Positions 40,233 through 49,824 of a stretch of 64,000 nt of DNA are shown in pieces. Source of the DNA: a bacterium (GTDB lineage Bacteria > Desulfobacterota > Binatia > UBA12015); contig JAUIFY010000002.1 in NCBI GenBank assembly GCA_030430245.1, positions 2,659 through 66,658 on the forward strand, written 5' to 3'. A program made the translations under genes and the position numbers. The notes under the pieces are model-generated. The model saw only the letters and a list, made by a program, of their open reading frames with translations. It had not been told where the DNA came from and searched no databases. Numbering within the stretch: the stretch's first letter is position 1; the number at the start of each line of letters is the position of its first letter.

Positions 40233-40424
40233 CGTCGCTCCTCCGCGGGAGTCCCGGCGGTTCTGCTCGGCGCCGCAACGCGATACGTAGACAGCCACAT
40301 GGTTCGATCCGTGCTCCCGAGTCCAGTAGTACTGATGTATAGTTTCGGTGCAACTTCCTTGAGATTAACTCGGTGTAATCATAGTACTTTCAAGTGTTTA
40401 GAAAACTGACTCGAGTCTAATTCA
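40233..40424. promoter_or_regulatory. AT-rich divergent promoter/operator island between the FAS-like operon and a TetR gene
   Basis: This is the lowest-G+C stretch in the window. It holds a perfect 11-bp palindrome CAGTA-G-TACTG (40324-40334) and a second TAGTACT copy (40382-40388). A candidate minus-strand promoter is TTGAAA (40393-40388) -N18- GTTAAT (40369-40364). A candidate plus-strand promoter is TTGAGA (40359-40364) -N17- TAGTAC. Confidence 0.5.
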
Positions 40425-41030
40425 ATGCCGACGAAGGCTCCTCCGAAAGCCCGCTCCGCCCGAGCCGAGCGAACCCGGGCGGCGATTCGCGACGCGGCGA
40501 ACGCGCTGTTCCTGCGCGACGGCGTCGAAGCCACCACGGTCGACGCGATCGTCGCGGCGGCCGGGGTCTCGAAGGGCACCTTCTACCTGCACTTCCCGCG
40601 CAAGGAGGATCTCCTGCTCGAGTACGGCACCCGCCGGCTCGCGCGCGTGCGCGACATGCTGCCCGAGCTGGTACAGCGCCGGACCTTTCGGGAGGCCCTG
40701 AACGAGATCCTCGACGAGGTCGTGCGAGGAAAGGAGTGGGGCCGTGAGCTGACCGGCCGCGCGATCCTCGAGATCGGCACGAGCGCGGAGAAGCTACCGG
40801 TCGACGGGCTCCCGAACGTCATCCAGCCCCTCGTCGAGCTCGGACAGGCGCGCGGGCAGATCCGGACCGACATCCCCGCCGACGCGCTCTCGCACTTCAT
40901 CCTGCGCTCGGTCCTGGGCGCGCTCCGCGACTGGGGCCTCGGCGCCGACTCCGTCGACCGTGAGACGGCGCTCGACTACGCGCTGACGCTGATCTTCGAC
41001 GCGATCCAGCCGCAGCCCGACCACGGCTGA
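40425..41030 (+). CDS. TetR/AcrR family transcriptional regulator
   Basis: The N-terminal HTH is RAAIRDAANALFLRDGVEATTVDAIVAAAGVSKGTFYLHFPRKEDLL. Confidence 0.9.
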   Translation: MPTKAPPKARSARAERTRAAIRDAANALFLRDGVEATTVDAIVAAAGVSKGTFYLHFPRKEDLLLEYGTRRLARVRDMLPELVQRRTFREALNEILDEVVRGKEWGRELTGRAILEIGTSAEKLPVDGLPNVIQPLVELGQARGQIRTDIPADALSHFILRSVLGALRDWGLGADSVDRETALDYALTLIFDAIQPQPDHG

Positions 41031-41039
41031 AGGCCGACG

Positions 41040-42512
41040 CTACTCGAGCCCGGCGCCTTCCCGGTGACGGCGGGCGAACTCCTCCTCGGGCGAGAGGATC
41101 AGCTGGTGGCGCGCGTGGAGCGCGAAGTAGCCGAGGCCCAGGACGTACCAGATCGCACACCCCCAGACGCCGAGTCGGTAGTCCGGGTTCAAGAACAAGA
41201 AAACCAGTGTGACGAGCGCGATCACGAGCGCGATCCAGGCGCCCGGAAGCCCCGTCGCACTTCGGTAGGGGCGCTCGATGTCGGGGAGATCGCGACGCAG
41301 GAGGATGAACGAGACCATCTGGAGGGCGTAAGCGATCATCGCACCGAACACCGCCATGTTCAGAAGCACGCCCCCGACCGGCACGTCGCCGAAGATCGCA
41401 TCGGAGAAGTGGATGGCGAGCGCGACCACGTAGCCGATGAGCGCCCCCACGATCAGCGCGACGTGCGGCGTCCGACGGGTCCCGTGCGTGACCGAGAGGA
41501 ACTCCGGGAAGTAGCCGGCCCGCGACAGCGAGTAGATGTTGCGGCCGTAGGCGAAGATGATCGTGTGGAAGCTCGCGATCAGGCCCGCCACCGCGATCAG
41601 GGCGAGCGCCTTCGAGCCGATCCCTTCTCCGAAGATCGTGCGGAACGCGAGGAACAGGGGATCGTCCGCGGAACCGACCTCCGCCGCTCCGGGCGGGATT
41701 CCCGCGTTCAGAAAGAGCGTCGCGAACGCCGCGACGACGAGGGTCGCGAGCCCGTAGATCATCCCCCGTGGAATGTCGCGCACGGGGTCATGCGACTCCT
41801 CCGCGGCGAGTGGGAGCTCTTCGATCGCGAGGAAGAACCAGATCGCGAAGGGGAGCGACCAGGCGATTCCCGCGACGCCCTTCGGTAGCCACACGCTGCC
41901 ACCCGGCTCCGGGGGGATGTCGAGCGCGTGCTCGAGGGAGAAGTGCGGCAGGGCGCCGATCCAGAACACGACGAGGATCCCGAGAGCGACGAGGGTCATG
42001 GCGACCGCGAAGCGAAACGTGAGCTCGACGCCCGCGATGTTGAGCCCGACGAAGGCGGCGTACGCCACGAGCCACCAGACGGGCGCGAACGCCTCGGGCG
42101 TTTCGAACACGTTTCCGAGATAGCCCCCGATCCCGACGACGATGACGGCGGGCGTCAGGACGTACTCGATGTTCTCGGCGAGCCCCGTCACGAAGCCGCC
42201 CCAGGGCCCCATCGCCGATCGCGCGAACGAGTAGGCCCCGCCCGTGTGCGGGAGGGCCGGCGACATCTCCGCGATGCTGAAGCAGAGCCCGACGTACATG
42301 ACCGTGATGACGACGGTCGCGGCGAGCAGGCCGCCGAAGCCGCCCGCCGCGAGCCCGAAGTTCCAGCCGAAGAAGTCCCCGGAGATCACCGCCCCGACGC
42401 CCAGGGCCCACAGGCTCCCGGCCCCGGCGTAGCGGCGGAGCCCGCGCTGCTCGAAGAACTGCTCGTCCGGCGTCCGGTAGCCGACCGACCCGATGCCTCC
42501 CCGCTCTGCCAC
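41040..42512 (-). CDS. eat: APC-superfamily amino acid permease, ethanolamine permease-like
   Basis: 490 aa with ~12 TM segments. LWALGVGAVISGDFFGWNFGLAAGGFGG and HTGGAYSFARSAMGPWGGFVTG resemble the ethanolamine permease family as I remember it. Confidence 0.7.
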   Translation of the reverse strand: MAERGGIGSVGYRTPDEQFFEQRGLRRYAGAGSLWALGVGAVISGDFFGWNFGLAAGGFGGLLAATVVITVMYVGLCFSIAEMSPALPHTGGAYSFARSAMGPWGGFVTGLAENIEYVLTPAVIVVGIGGYLGNVFETPEAFAPVWWLVAYAAFVGLNIAGVELTFRFAVAMTLVALGILVVFWIGALPHFSLEHALDIPPEPGGSVWLPKGVAGIAWSLPFAIWFFLAIEELPLAAEESHDPVRDIPRGMIYGLATLVVAAFATLFLNAGIPPGAAEVGSADDPLFLAFRTIFGEGIGSKALALIAVAGLIASFHTIIFAYGRNIYSLSRAGYFPEFLSVTHGTRRTPHVALIVGALIGYVVALAIHFSDAIFGDVPVGGVLLNMAVFGAMIAYALQMVSFILLRRDLPDIERPYRSATGLPGAWIALVIALVTLVFLFLNPDYRLGVWGCAIWYVLGLGYFALHARHQLILSPEEEFARRHREGAGLE

Positions 42513-42556
42513 GCGATCCTCCTTACACCCTAAACCTCCGTGATTTCACGGCCGTC

Positions 42557-42580
42557 GAACCCCCGTGCAGGTGGGGGTTC
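42557..42580. promoter_or_regulatory. Inverted repeat GAACCCCC-N8-GGGGGTTC in the eat / TetR-RND divergent intergenic region (candidate operator)
   Basis: It has perfect 8-bp arms and lies 39 nt upstream of the ATG chosen for the TetR gene. Confidence 0.35.
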
Positions 42581-42618
42581 CATCAGGTATGTTTGTCTGG
42601 AACGATCCCTACAGAGCC

Positions 42619-43293
42619 ATGCTCGATTCGGAAAACCTGGCAAACAAGAGCGTTTCGAGGGTGCAGGAGCAGGGAGCGCGCTCCCGCGAGCGCATCCTGG
42701 ACGCCGCGGAGGCCCTCATGGCCGAGCGCGGCTACGCCGGCACCAGCATCTCGGCCATCTGCAAGGAGTCCGGCCTCCCCGCCAGCTCCGTGTACTGGCA
42801 TTTCTCGAACAAGGAGGGGCTCCTCGAGGCCGTGCTCGAGCGCGGCTCGAACCGCATGCTCGACGAGATGGCCGAGGCGCACGCCGCGCCGGGCACCCCG
42901 CGCGAGCGGCTCCACAATCTCCTCCAACGCGCGGCCGCCGTCTTCGAAGCCCAGCCCCAGGAGTTCCGGCGCCTCGATCTCCTCATCACGCTCGAGCGCA
43001 GCGGATCCGACGACGACTGGCGGAAGGCGATCGACCAGTTCCACGCCAGGCTCCGGGCGATGATCGAAGAGGCGCTCTTCGAGGTGTACCGCGAGATGGA
43101 CGAGCAGGTGGCCCGCGAGATCGCGGCCGAGGGCGCGCGCTTCGCCCAGACGCTCGGGAGCGGCGCGACCCTCGAGGCGATCCGCAATCCGGACGAGTTC
43201 GACCCGAGCCAGATGATCGAGCACTTCGAGCTCGCCCTGCTCGCGCTGGGCGAACGACGCCTGGCCCAGCACGCCGCGCGGAGCGGGCGATGA
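42619..43293 (+). CDS. TetR/AcrR family transcriptional regulator (first gene of the efflux operon)
   Basis: The HTH is RERILDAAEALMAERGYAGTSISAICKESGLPASSVYWHFSNKEGLL. Alternative starts are 42589 and 42565. Its stop overlaps the next ATG (ATGA). Confidence 0.85.
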   Translation: MLDSENLANKSVSRVQEQGARSRERILDAAEALMAERGYAGTSISAICKESGLPASSVYWHFSNKEGLLEAVLERGSNRMLDEMAEAHAAPGTPRERLHNLLQRAAAVFEAQPQEFRRLDLLITLERSGSDDDWRKAIDQFHARLRAMIEEALFEVYREMDEQVAREIAAEGARFAQTLGSGATLEAIRNPDEFDPSQMIEHFELALLALGERRLAQHAARSGR

Positions 43294-44435
43294 CGGCGCT
43301 GCGGTCGGGGACCGCCACGACGGCGCTCGTGCTCGCCACGGCGCTCGCCACCGGCGGCTGCGAGGCCAACGGGCCAGCCGACGCCGCCCCGACGACGCTC
43401 GAGACGCAGATCGCCACGACCGGTCGATCTCCGGCGATCCGCGTGCGCGTCGCCACGGCCGAGGTCGTGCCGCTCGGCGGGACCATCACCGTTCCCGGCG
43501 TCGTCCGCCCATTCCAGAAGGCGACCCTCGCGGCCAAGGTTCCGGGCCGGGTCACCGAGCGGCTCGTCGAGCCGGGCGACGTCGTGACCCGCGGCGACCC
43601 GCTCCTGCGCCTCGACGAGACGGACCTGCGGCTGGCGACGGACGAAGCCGAGATCGCGCTGCGACTCGCCGACGTCGACCTCGCGGACGCGTCGCGAGAG
43701 CTCGACCGGGCGAAGCAGCTCAGTCGCCAGAAGACGATCTCGGCGAGCGAAATGGACGCTCGTCAGGCGGCCTTCGACCGAGCGAAGGCCGCACGGGCCC
43801 GCGCCACGGTCGCGCTCCGCAAGGCCGAGCAGGCCCTCGCCGACGCGACCATCGTGGCGCCCTTCGACGGCTCCGTCGAAGCGGTCGATGCGGACGTGGG
43901 CGAGTACCTCCAGCCGGGCGCGCCCGTCGCGACGATGGTCGACTTCTCTCGGGCGCGCGTCCGCGCCGGAGTGACGGCGCGCGAAGCGGCGCAACTCGCT
44001 TCGGGACACCCGGCGGACATCGGCTTCGACACCCTCGGCGGCCAGCACGTCTCGGCGGCCGTGCGGAGCGTCGCGCGCATCGCCGATGCCGGAAGCGGCA
44101 CGTACGCGATCGAGCTATGGCTGCAGGATCCCGACCCCCGCCTCCGGGAAGGCATGATCGGCGAGGTCCACCTCGAGCGCGAGCCGGGCGAGGAGCATCC
44201 GGTCGTCCCTCGCGCCGCTCTGCTGCGTCGCGCGGGCAAGATGCTTCTGTTCGTGATCGACGACTCCACCGGAGAGATCCGGGCCGAGGAACGCGTGGTC
44301 CGAAGCGGGCGCAGCGACGGCGACGAGGTCGAGATCCTCGACGGGGCTCGCGCAGGCGAGCTCGTCGTCATCGACGGCCACTTCGCGCTGGGCAACGGCG
44401 CGCTCGTCCAGATCGACCAGCAGCAGGACCCGTAG
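43290..44435 (+). CDS. Efflux RND transporter periplasmic adaptor (membrane fusion protein), lipoprotein
   Basis: Has the lipobox ATALATGGC, a coiled-coil hairpin region, IVAPFDGSV, and beta-barrel/MP domains. Confidence 0.85.
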   Translation: MTALRSGTATTALVLATALATGGCEANGPADAAPTTLETQIATTGRSPAIRVRVATAEVVPLGGTITVPGVVRPFQKATLAAKVPGRVTERLVEPGDVVTRGDPLLRLDETDLRLATDEAEIALRLADVDLADASRELDRAKQLSRQKTISASEMDARQAAFDRAKAARARATVALRKAEQALADATIVAPFDGSVEAVDADVGEYLQPGAPVATMVDFSRARVRAGVTAREAAQLASGHPADIGFDTLGGQHVSAAVRSVARIADAGSGTYAIELWLQDPDPRLREGMIGEVHLEREPGEEHPVVPRAALLRRAGKMLLFVIDDSTGEIRAEERVVRSGRSDGDEVEILDGARAGELVVIDGHFALGNGALVQIDQQQDP

Positions 44436-44451
44436 CGAGAAGATCCCCACC

Positions 44452-47400
44452 ATGGAACGCCTCATCCGCTTCTTCGTGCAACGGCACCTTCTGGTGCACG
44501 TGATCACCGCGGTCCTCCTCGTGGTCGGCTACCGGACCATCACCAACACGCCGCGCGAGACGTTCCCGGACGTCACGATGAATCAGCTCATCGTGAACGC
44601 CGTCCTGCCCGGCGCGTCGGCGCAGGACGTCGAGACGAAGCTCACGATCCCGATCGAAGAGGCGATCGACAAGATCGACGGCGTGAAGAAGCACACGACG
44701 GTCATCACCGACCAGGTCTCGCTCACCGCCGTCGAGTTCCTCGACGACATCGACCTCGAGGGCCTCGACGAGGTCGAGAAGGACCTGCAGCGTGAGATCG
44801 ACGCGATCCGCGACTTCCCGCCCGAGATGGACGAGGACCCGGTCATCCTGCGATTCTCGGCGAAGAAGTTCCCCGTCGTGCAGATCGCGCTCGCCGGCCC
44901 GTCGGTCGAGGTCGCCGAAACCGCTCGCATGCTGGAGCGCAAGCTCGAGCGGCTCGACGAGGTGTCGAGCGTCACCGCGATCGGCCTCGAAGACTCCGAG
45001 CTCCGCGTCCTGGTCGATCCCGTCCGCGCGCGCGAGCTCGGGATCACGCTCCTCGACGTCGTGCAGGCGATCGAGGCGCGCAACGTGTCCAGCACCGGCG
45101 GGAGCCTCGAAACGCAGGACGATCGACGCCAGGTCGTCCTGTGGAGCCGCTACGGCGAGCCCCACGAAGTGGGCGAGACCATCCTGCGCTTCTCGCCGAC
45201 CGGCGGCGCCGTCCGCGTCCGCGACGTCGCCCGCATGGAGCTCGGCCGCGAAGACACCGGCCTCATCGCGCACACGAACGGCCGCCCCGGCGTGTCGCTG
45301 GTCGTCCGCAAGCAGGCCGACGCCGACGTCATCTTCGCCGTGGACCAGGTGCGGAACCTCGTCGAATCGACCCCGCTGCCGGCCGGCGTGAGCGCCGTCC
45401 TGGTGAAGGACGAGTCCTTCTGGACCCGCAACCGCATCGACCTCATCGTCACGAACGGCCTGGTCGGCATCTTCATGATCAGCGGCGCGCTCCTGCTGTT
45501 CTTGACCCCGCAGGTGGCGCTGTGGGTTCTGGTGGGCATCCCCGTCGTGTTCCTCACCGTGCTCACGATCTTCCCCCAGATCGATTTCACGGTGAACATC
45601 GTGACGCTGACCGGGCTGGTCGTCGTGCTCGGAATGGTCGTCGACGACGCGGTCGTGGTGGCCGAGCGAATCGTGGCGAAGCGCCAGGACGGCCTCGACC
45701 CGGAGGAGGCCGCCACGCAAGGTGCCGTGGAAATGGCGCGTCCGGTGATCGCATCCGCGGTCACCACGATGCTCGCCTTCGCGCCCCTCCTCGCGATCGG
45801 CGGCATGTCGGGCAAGATGACCGAGTCGATGCCGTACGTGGTGGTGCTCGCGCTTCTCGCGTCGCTGCTCGAATCGTTCTTCATCCTGCCGGCACACATG
45901 TCGATGGGAAGCTCGGCGAAGCCGACTCCGAAGCGGGAGTTCGTGGTCCGGATCGAGGAGCGCTACCGCCGTGCGCTCGAGAGGACGCTGCACCATCGCG
46001 CCTGGGTCGTCAGCGTGTTCCTCGTCGCACTGGTCGTGATCCTGTTCGGCCTCTCCCCGTTCCTGCGCGTCATGATCTTCCCACAGGACGACGCGGAGTC
46101 GGTCTTCGTGAAGGTGAGCACGCCGCTCGGCACACCGATCGAGCAGACCGAGGCGGTGGCGGCCTCGATCGAACGTCAGGTGCCCCAGATCGTGGGCGGC
46201 GACCTCACCGCCATCACCGCGCGGATCGGCCACCAGGAGGCGGGCAACAAAGGGTTCGACCGCGAGCAGGGTGCGGCGGAGAACGAGGCCGTCGTCGAGG
46301 TCCTGCTGAAGCGGGGCAACCTGGAGCACACGCCGGCGGAGTGGATGCAGATCCTGGAGCAGCAGCTCGTCGTTCCCGAGGACGTCGTCCTTCGCTTCGA
46401 GCCGGCGCAAACCGGCCCGGTCATGGGCGCGCCCGTCACGCTGCACGTCGCGGGCAACGACGACGCCACGCGGCGGAGCACCGCGCTCGAGATCGCGAAG
46501 TTTCTGGACGGCATCGACGACATCGTGAACATCGACGTCGACGAACGTCCGGGCACGCCGCAGATCAACTTGAACCTCGACTATGACAAGCTCGCGCTCC
46601 TGGGACTCGCCCCGAGGGACGTCGCCAACACGCTGAAGGGCGCCTTCCACGGAATCCCCGCGTCGGAGCACCGCGACCTCGACGAGACGACCGAGTTCCG
46701 CGTCATGCTCGACCCCGGCGCCCGCGGCTCTCTCAGCTCTCTTCTCGAGCTTCCCATCCGCTCGCGGAGCGGGAATCTCGTGCGCATCCGTGACGTCGTA
46801 CGGCCGGTGGAGACCGCGTCGGTGTCGCGCATCTACCACCGGGACGGAATGCGCGTGGCCACGGTATCCGGGCACTTCACGCCCGGCTCGAAGTACACGG
46901 CGCTGTCCATGGCCGACCGACTCGACCGCGAGCTCCTCCCCCTCTACGCGGACCGCGACGACCTCGAGGTGTACCAGGGCGGGGAGGCCGAGGAGAGCCG
47001 CAAGACGACCGCGGACGTCGGCGCGGTCGCCCTCATGGCGTTCGGCGGCATCACGCTCGTGATCGCCCTGATGCTCGGCTCCTTCCTCGAAGCGTTCTTC
47101 GTCATCGCGATCATTCCGTTCTCGTTCGCGGCCGTCGTGCTCACCTTCTTCGCGCACAACGCGGTGTTCTCGCTGTTCGCGATGATGGGATCGGTCGGAC
47201 TCGCGGGCGTGGTCGTGAACTCGTCGATCGTCATGGTGGACGCGATCCATCGACGCCTCGCCGACGTGCCCGCGACCGAGCGTCATCTGCACCAGAGCGA
47301 CATGATCGACGCGGTGGTGAGTCGGCTCCGCCCCATCCTCGTCACGTCGATCACGACGTTGGGAGGCGTGCTCCCGATGGCCTACGGCATCGGCGGGTAC

Positions 47401-47619
47401 GACGTCGTCGTCGCGCCGATGTCACTCGCGCTGGGCTGGGGCCTCGCCCTGTCGACGGTCGTCACGCTGTTCCTCGTGCCCGTCCTGTACTCGGTCGCCT
47501 CGGATCTGCGTCGCATCCTGGTCGTGGACCGCATCCGCGAGCTCCTGGGTCGGACACCGACCGACCGGGTCTCGTCGACCGGGTCCCTCGGCGGCTCCCA
47601 CCCGCTTCGTCGCTCCTGA
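44452..47619 (+). CDS. RND family efflux permease (AcrB/HAE-type)
   Basis: 1055 aa. It has the 12-TM pseudo-duplicated architecture with two large periplasmic loops. The N-terminus MERLIRFFVQRHLLVHVITAVLLVVG is typical. Confidence 0.9.
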   Translation: MERLIRFFVQRHLLVHVITAVLLVVGYRTITNTPRETFPDVTMNQLIVNAVLPGASAQDVETKLTIPIEEAIDKIDGVKKHTTVITDQVSLTAVEFLDDIDLEGLDEVEKDLQREIDAIRDFPPEMDEDPVILRFSAKKFPVVQIALAGPSVEVAETARMLERKLERLDEVSSVTAIGLEDSELRVLVDPVRARELGITLLDVVQAIEARNVSSTGGSLETQDDRRQVVLWSRYGEPHEVGETILRFSPTGGAVRVRDVARMELGREDTGLIAHTNGRPGVSLVVRKQADADVIFAVDQVRNLVESTPLPAGVSAVLVKDESFWTRNRIDLIVTNGLVGIFMISGALLLFLTPQVALWVLVGIPVVFLTVLTIFPQIDFTVNIVTLTGLVVVLGMVVDDAVVVAERIVAKRQDGLDPEEAATQGAVEMARPVIASAVTTMLAFAPLLAIGGMSGKMTESMPYVVVLALLASLLESFFILPAHMSMGSSAKPTPKREFVVRIEERYRRALERTLHHRAWVVSVFLVALVVILFGLSPFLRVMIFPQDDAESVFVKVSTPLGTPIEQTEAVAASIERQVPQIVGGDLTAITARIGHQEAGNKGFDREQGAAENEAVVEVLLKRGNLEHTPAEWMQILEQQLVVPEDVVLRFEPAQTGPVMGAPVTLHVAGNDDATRRSTALEIAKFLDGIDDIVNIDVDERPGTPQINLNLDYDKLALLGLAPRDVANTLKGAFHGIPASEHRDLDETTEFRVMLDPGARGSLSSLLELPIRSRSGNLVRIRDVVRPVETASVSRIYHRDGMRVATVSGHFTPGSKYTALSMADRLDRELLPLYADRDDLEVYQGGEAEESRKTTADVGAVALMAFGGITLVIALMLGSFLEAFFVIAIIPFSFAAVVLTFFAHNAVFSLFAMMGSVGLAGVVVNSSIVMVDAIHRRLADVPATERHLHQSDMIDAVVSRLRPILVTSITTLGGVLPMAYGIGGYDVVVAPMSLALGWGLALSTVVTLFLVPVLYSVASDLRRILVVDRIRELLGRTPTDRVSSTGSLGGSHPLRRS

Positions 47620-47718
47620 GCGCGCCCCCTTGCGCACACACGGGCTCCTGTAGCTAAAGAAGCGAAGCGCGCCCGGGCACGTCGCCGCGGCGCCTCTGCG
47701 ACGCGAGGAGACCCTGTG

Positions 47719-48906
47719 ATGCGAGGACCGATGGATGGAGTGAAGGTGGTGGATCTGTCGATCGCACTCGCCGGCCCGTGGGCGGTTTCGATGCTCGCGG
47801 ATCAGGGTGCCTCGGTCGTGAAGGTGGAGCCCCCCGGGCTGGGGGACATCGGGCGCTGGGTCGGCGTCGCGGTCGGCGGCATCTCCGCGATGGCGGCCAT
47901 GGTGAACCGCGGCAAGCGCTCGATCGCGGTGAACCTGCAGAAGGACGAGGGCCGGGCGATCGTGCGCAAGCTCGTCGCCGACGCCGACGTGTTCGTCCAG
48001 AACTTCCGCCCCGGCGTGGTCGAGAAGCTCGGCCTCTCCTACGACACGGTCCGGGCCGACAATCCCGACCTCGTCTACTGCTCCATCAGCGGGTTCGGAC
48101 CCGACGGGCCCTACGCCCACAAGAGCGCCTACGACCCGGTGGTGCAGGCCTACGGCGGGCTCGCCTTCGCGCAGGCGGGCGGAACCGAGATGGAGCCGAA
48201 GCTGATCCGTCACACCGCCGCCGACAAGATCACCGCCCTCACCGCGTCGCAGGCGATTTCCGCCGCGCTCTTCGCCCGGGAACGCGGCCGGGGCGGGCAG
48301 CACTTGAAGCTGTCGATGCTCGAGGCGGTCGTGAACTTCGTGTGGGCCGACGCCGCGGGCAACGAGGTCCTGCTCGATTCCGACGGCTCGCAGCCGTCGA
48401 GCTTCTCACGCGACCAGAAGCTCTGGCCGACGAAGGACGGTTACATCATCGCCGCCCCGGTCTCCGACGGGGACGTCGCGGGCATCTGCCGCGGCGTCGG
48501 CGTCGACGGGTACGACGCCCCCGAGGTGGCGACGATCGTCGCGCGGCGCACGAACCCCGAGGCCTTCAGTGCCCTCCTGCGCCGCGTGCTCGAAAAGGTG
48601 AGCACGATGACCACGGCCGAGGCGATCGCCGGCATGGAGGCGGAGAAGGCTCCGTGCGGAGCAGTGCTCTCGCCCGCCGAGCTGTCGGACGATCCCCACG
48701 TGCGGGCGCTCGGGATGCTGGAGGACTCGGTGCACCCGATCGCCGGCCGCATGCGTCAGCCCCGGCCCGCCGCGCGCTTCGAGGGAACGCCGTCGGAGAC
48801 CGGTCGGCACGCACCCGGCCTCGGCGAGCACACCGACGCGATCCTCGCCGAGCTCGGGATGGGAGACCGGATCGACGCGCTGCGCGAGGCGGGCGTCGTC
48901 GCGTAG
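47719..48906 (+). CDS. Family III CoA-transferase (CaiB/BaiF)
   Basis: The N-terminal motif is GVKVVDLSIALAGPWAVSMLADQGASVVKVEPP. Confidence 0.85.
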   Translation: MRGPMDGVKVVDLSIALAGPWAVSMLADQGASVVKVEPPGLGDIGRWVGVAVGGISAMAAMVNRGKRSIAVNLQKDEGRAIVRKLVADADVFVQNFRPGVVEKLGLSYDTVRADNPDLVYCSISGFGPDGPYAHKSAYDPVVQAYGGLAFAQAGGTEMEPKLIRHTAADKITALTASQAISAALFARERGRGGQHLKLSMLEAVVNFVWADAAGNEVLLDSDGSQPSSFSRDQKLWPTKDGYIIAAPVSDGDVAGICRGVGVDGYDAPEVATIVARRTNPEAFSALLRRVLEKVSTMTTAEAIAGMEAEKAPCGAVLSPAELSDDPHVRALGMLEDSVHPIAGRMRQPRPAARFEGTPSETGRHAPGLGEHTDAILAELGMGDRIDALREAGVVA

Positions 48907-48923
48907 TCCGGAGCGGCCGCGAC

Positions 48924-49547
48924 TCAGACGGCCTGGGACGTCATGTCCTGCATCAAGGCGCCGACCGTGTCGAGGTGTCGTTCGATCGCGGTCTCCCGGT
49001 CGATCTCGCCCGAGACGTGCTGGAACGCGAGCACCTTCATGATCGTGATGAACATCTCGAGCATCAGGTCGGCGCGCGGCTCGTCCATGCCGAGATCGCG
49101 GAACCCCTGGAGCCAGCGCCGCTCGTACGACTCGCGGATCCGCTTCAGGTAGCCGCGGAAGTCGACGCTGATCTCGGGCGTGCTCCGCAGGATCAGAGCC
49201 GCCAGGCCCTTCTCGTCGATGAACTGCCAGAGGCGCTCGACGACCCCGCGCGCCGGGTTGCTGTCGCCGTGGGCGGCGGCCGGGATGACGCTCAGCTGAT
49301 CGTCGATGGCGACGGTCGCGTCGAGGGCCTGATAGAACTCCTCCGTGATCGCGATGAAGATGTCCTCGCGGCGCGGGAAGTACTGGTAGATGAGCGGGCG
49401 CGTGCACCCGGCCAGCTCCGCCACGCGCGTGGGGCGCAGCGCCTCGACCCCCTCGGTCACGATGATCTTGCGGGCGATCTCGAGGAGCTGATCGCGGCGG
49501 ATCTCTGCGGTCGACCGGGCGGGGGGCTTGGGAGCTTCGAGCGGCAT
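48924..49547 (-). CDS. TetR/AcrR family transcriptional regulator
   Basis: The HTH is RRDQLLEIARKIIVTEGVEALRPTRVAELAGCTRPLIYQYFPRREDIF. ATG 49547 was chosen; GTG 49556 is possible. Confidence 0.85.
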   Translation of the reverse strand: MPLEAPKPPARSTAEIRRDQLLEIARKIIVTEGVEALRPTRVAELAGCTRPLIYQYFPRREDIFIAITEEFYQALDATVAIDDQLSVIPAAAHGDSNPARGVVERLWQFIDEKGLAALILRSTPEISVDFRGYLKRIRESYERRWLQGFRDLGMDEPRADLMLEMFITIMKVLAFQHVSGEIDRETAIERHLDTVGALMQDMTSQAV

Positions 49548-49565
49548 TCCCCTCACGAATCAAAC

Positions 49566-49581
49566 TGCGCAAACTTGCGCA
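49566..49581. promoter_or_regulatory. Inverted repeat TGCGCAA-AC-TTGCGCA, candidate TetR autoregulatory operator
   Basis: It has perfect 7-bp arms and lies 19 nt upstream of the TetR ATG. It adjoins an AT-rich stretch (49600-49640). Confidence 0.45.
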
Positions 49582-49824
49582 AGATACCGAATCTCCAGGG
49601 CTTTTATCCTACATTGTGTAATTTACAAGACGAAACCGGACACGATGATGAGGCCCACGTGACGATTCCGTGAGAGCTTGCGCCTACATCCCCCGCCGAG
49701 GCCCCCCGGCCCATCCCGGCTGCCGGGCCCTCGGGAGGATGCCGTGCGAGATGCCCGACCCACGGAGCGCGAAGCTCCCCAGGCCGACGATCCGTCCCCA
49801 CGAGGGGGCTCGTCGGCCGGACCG

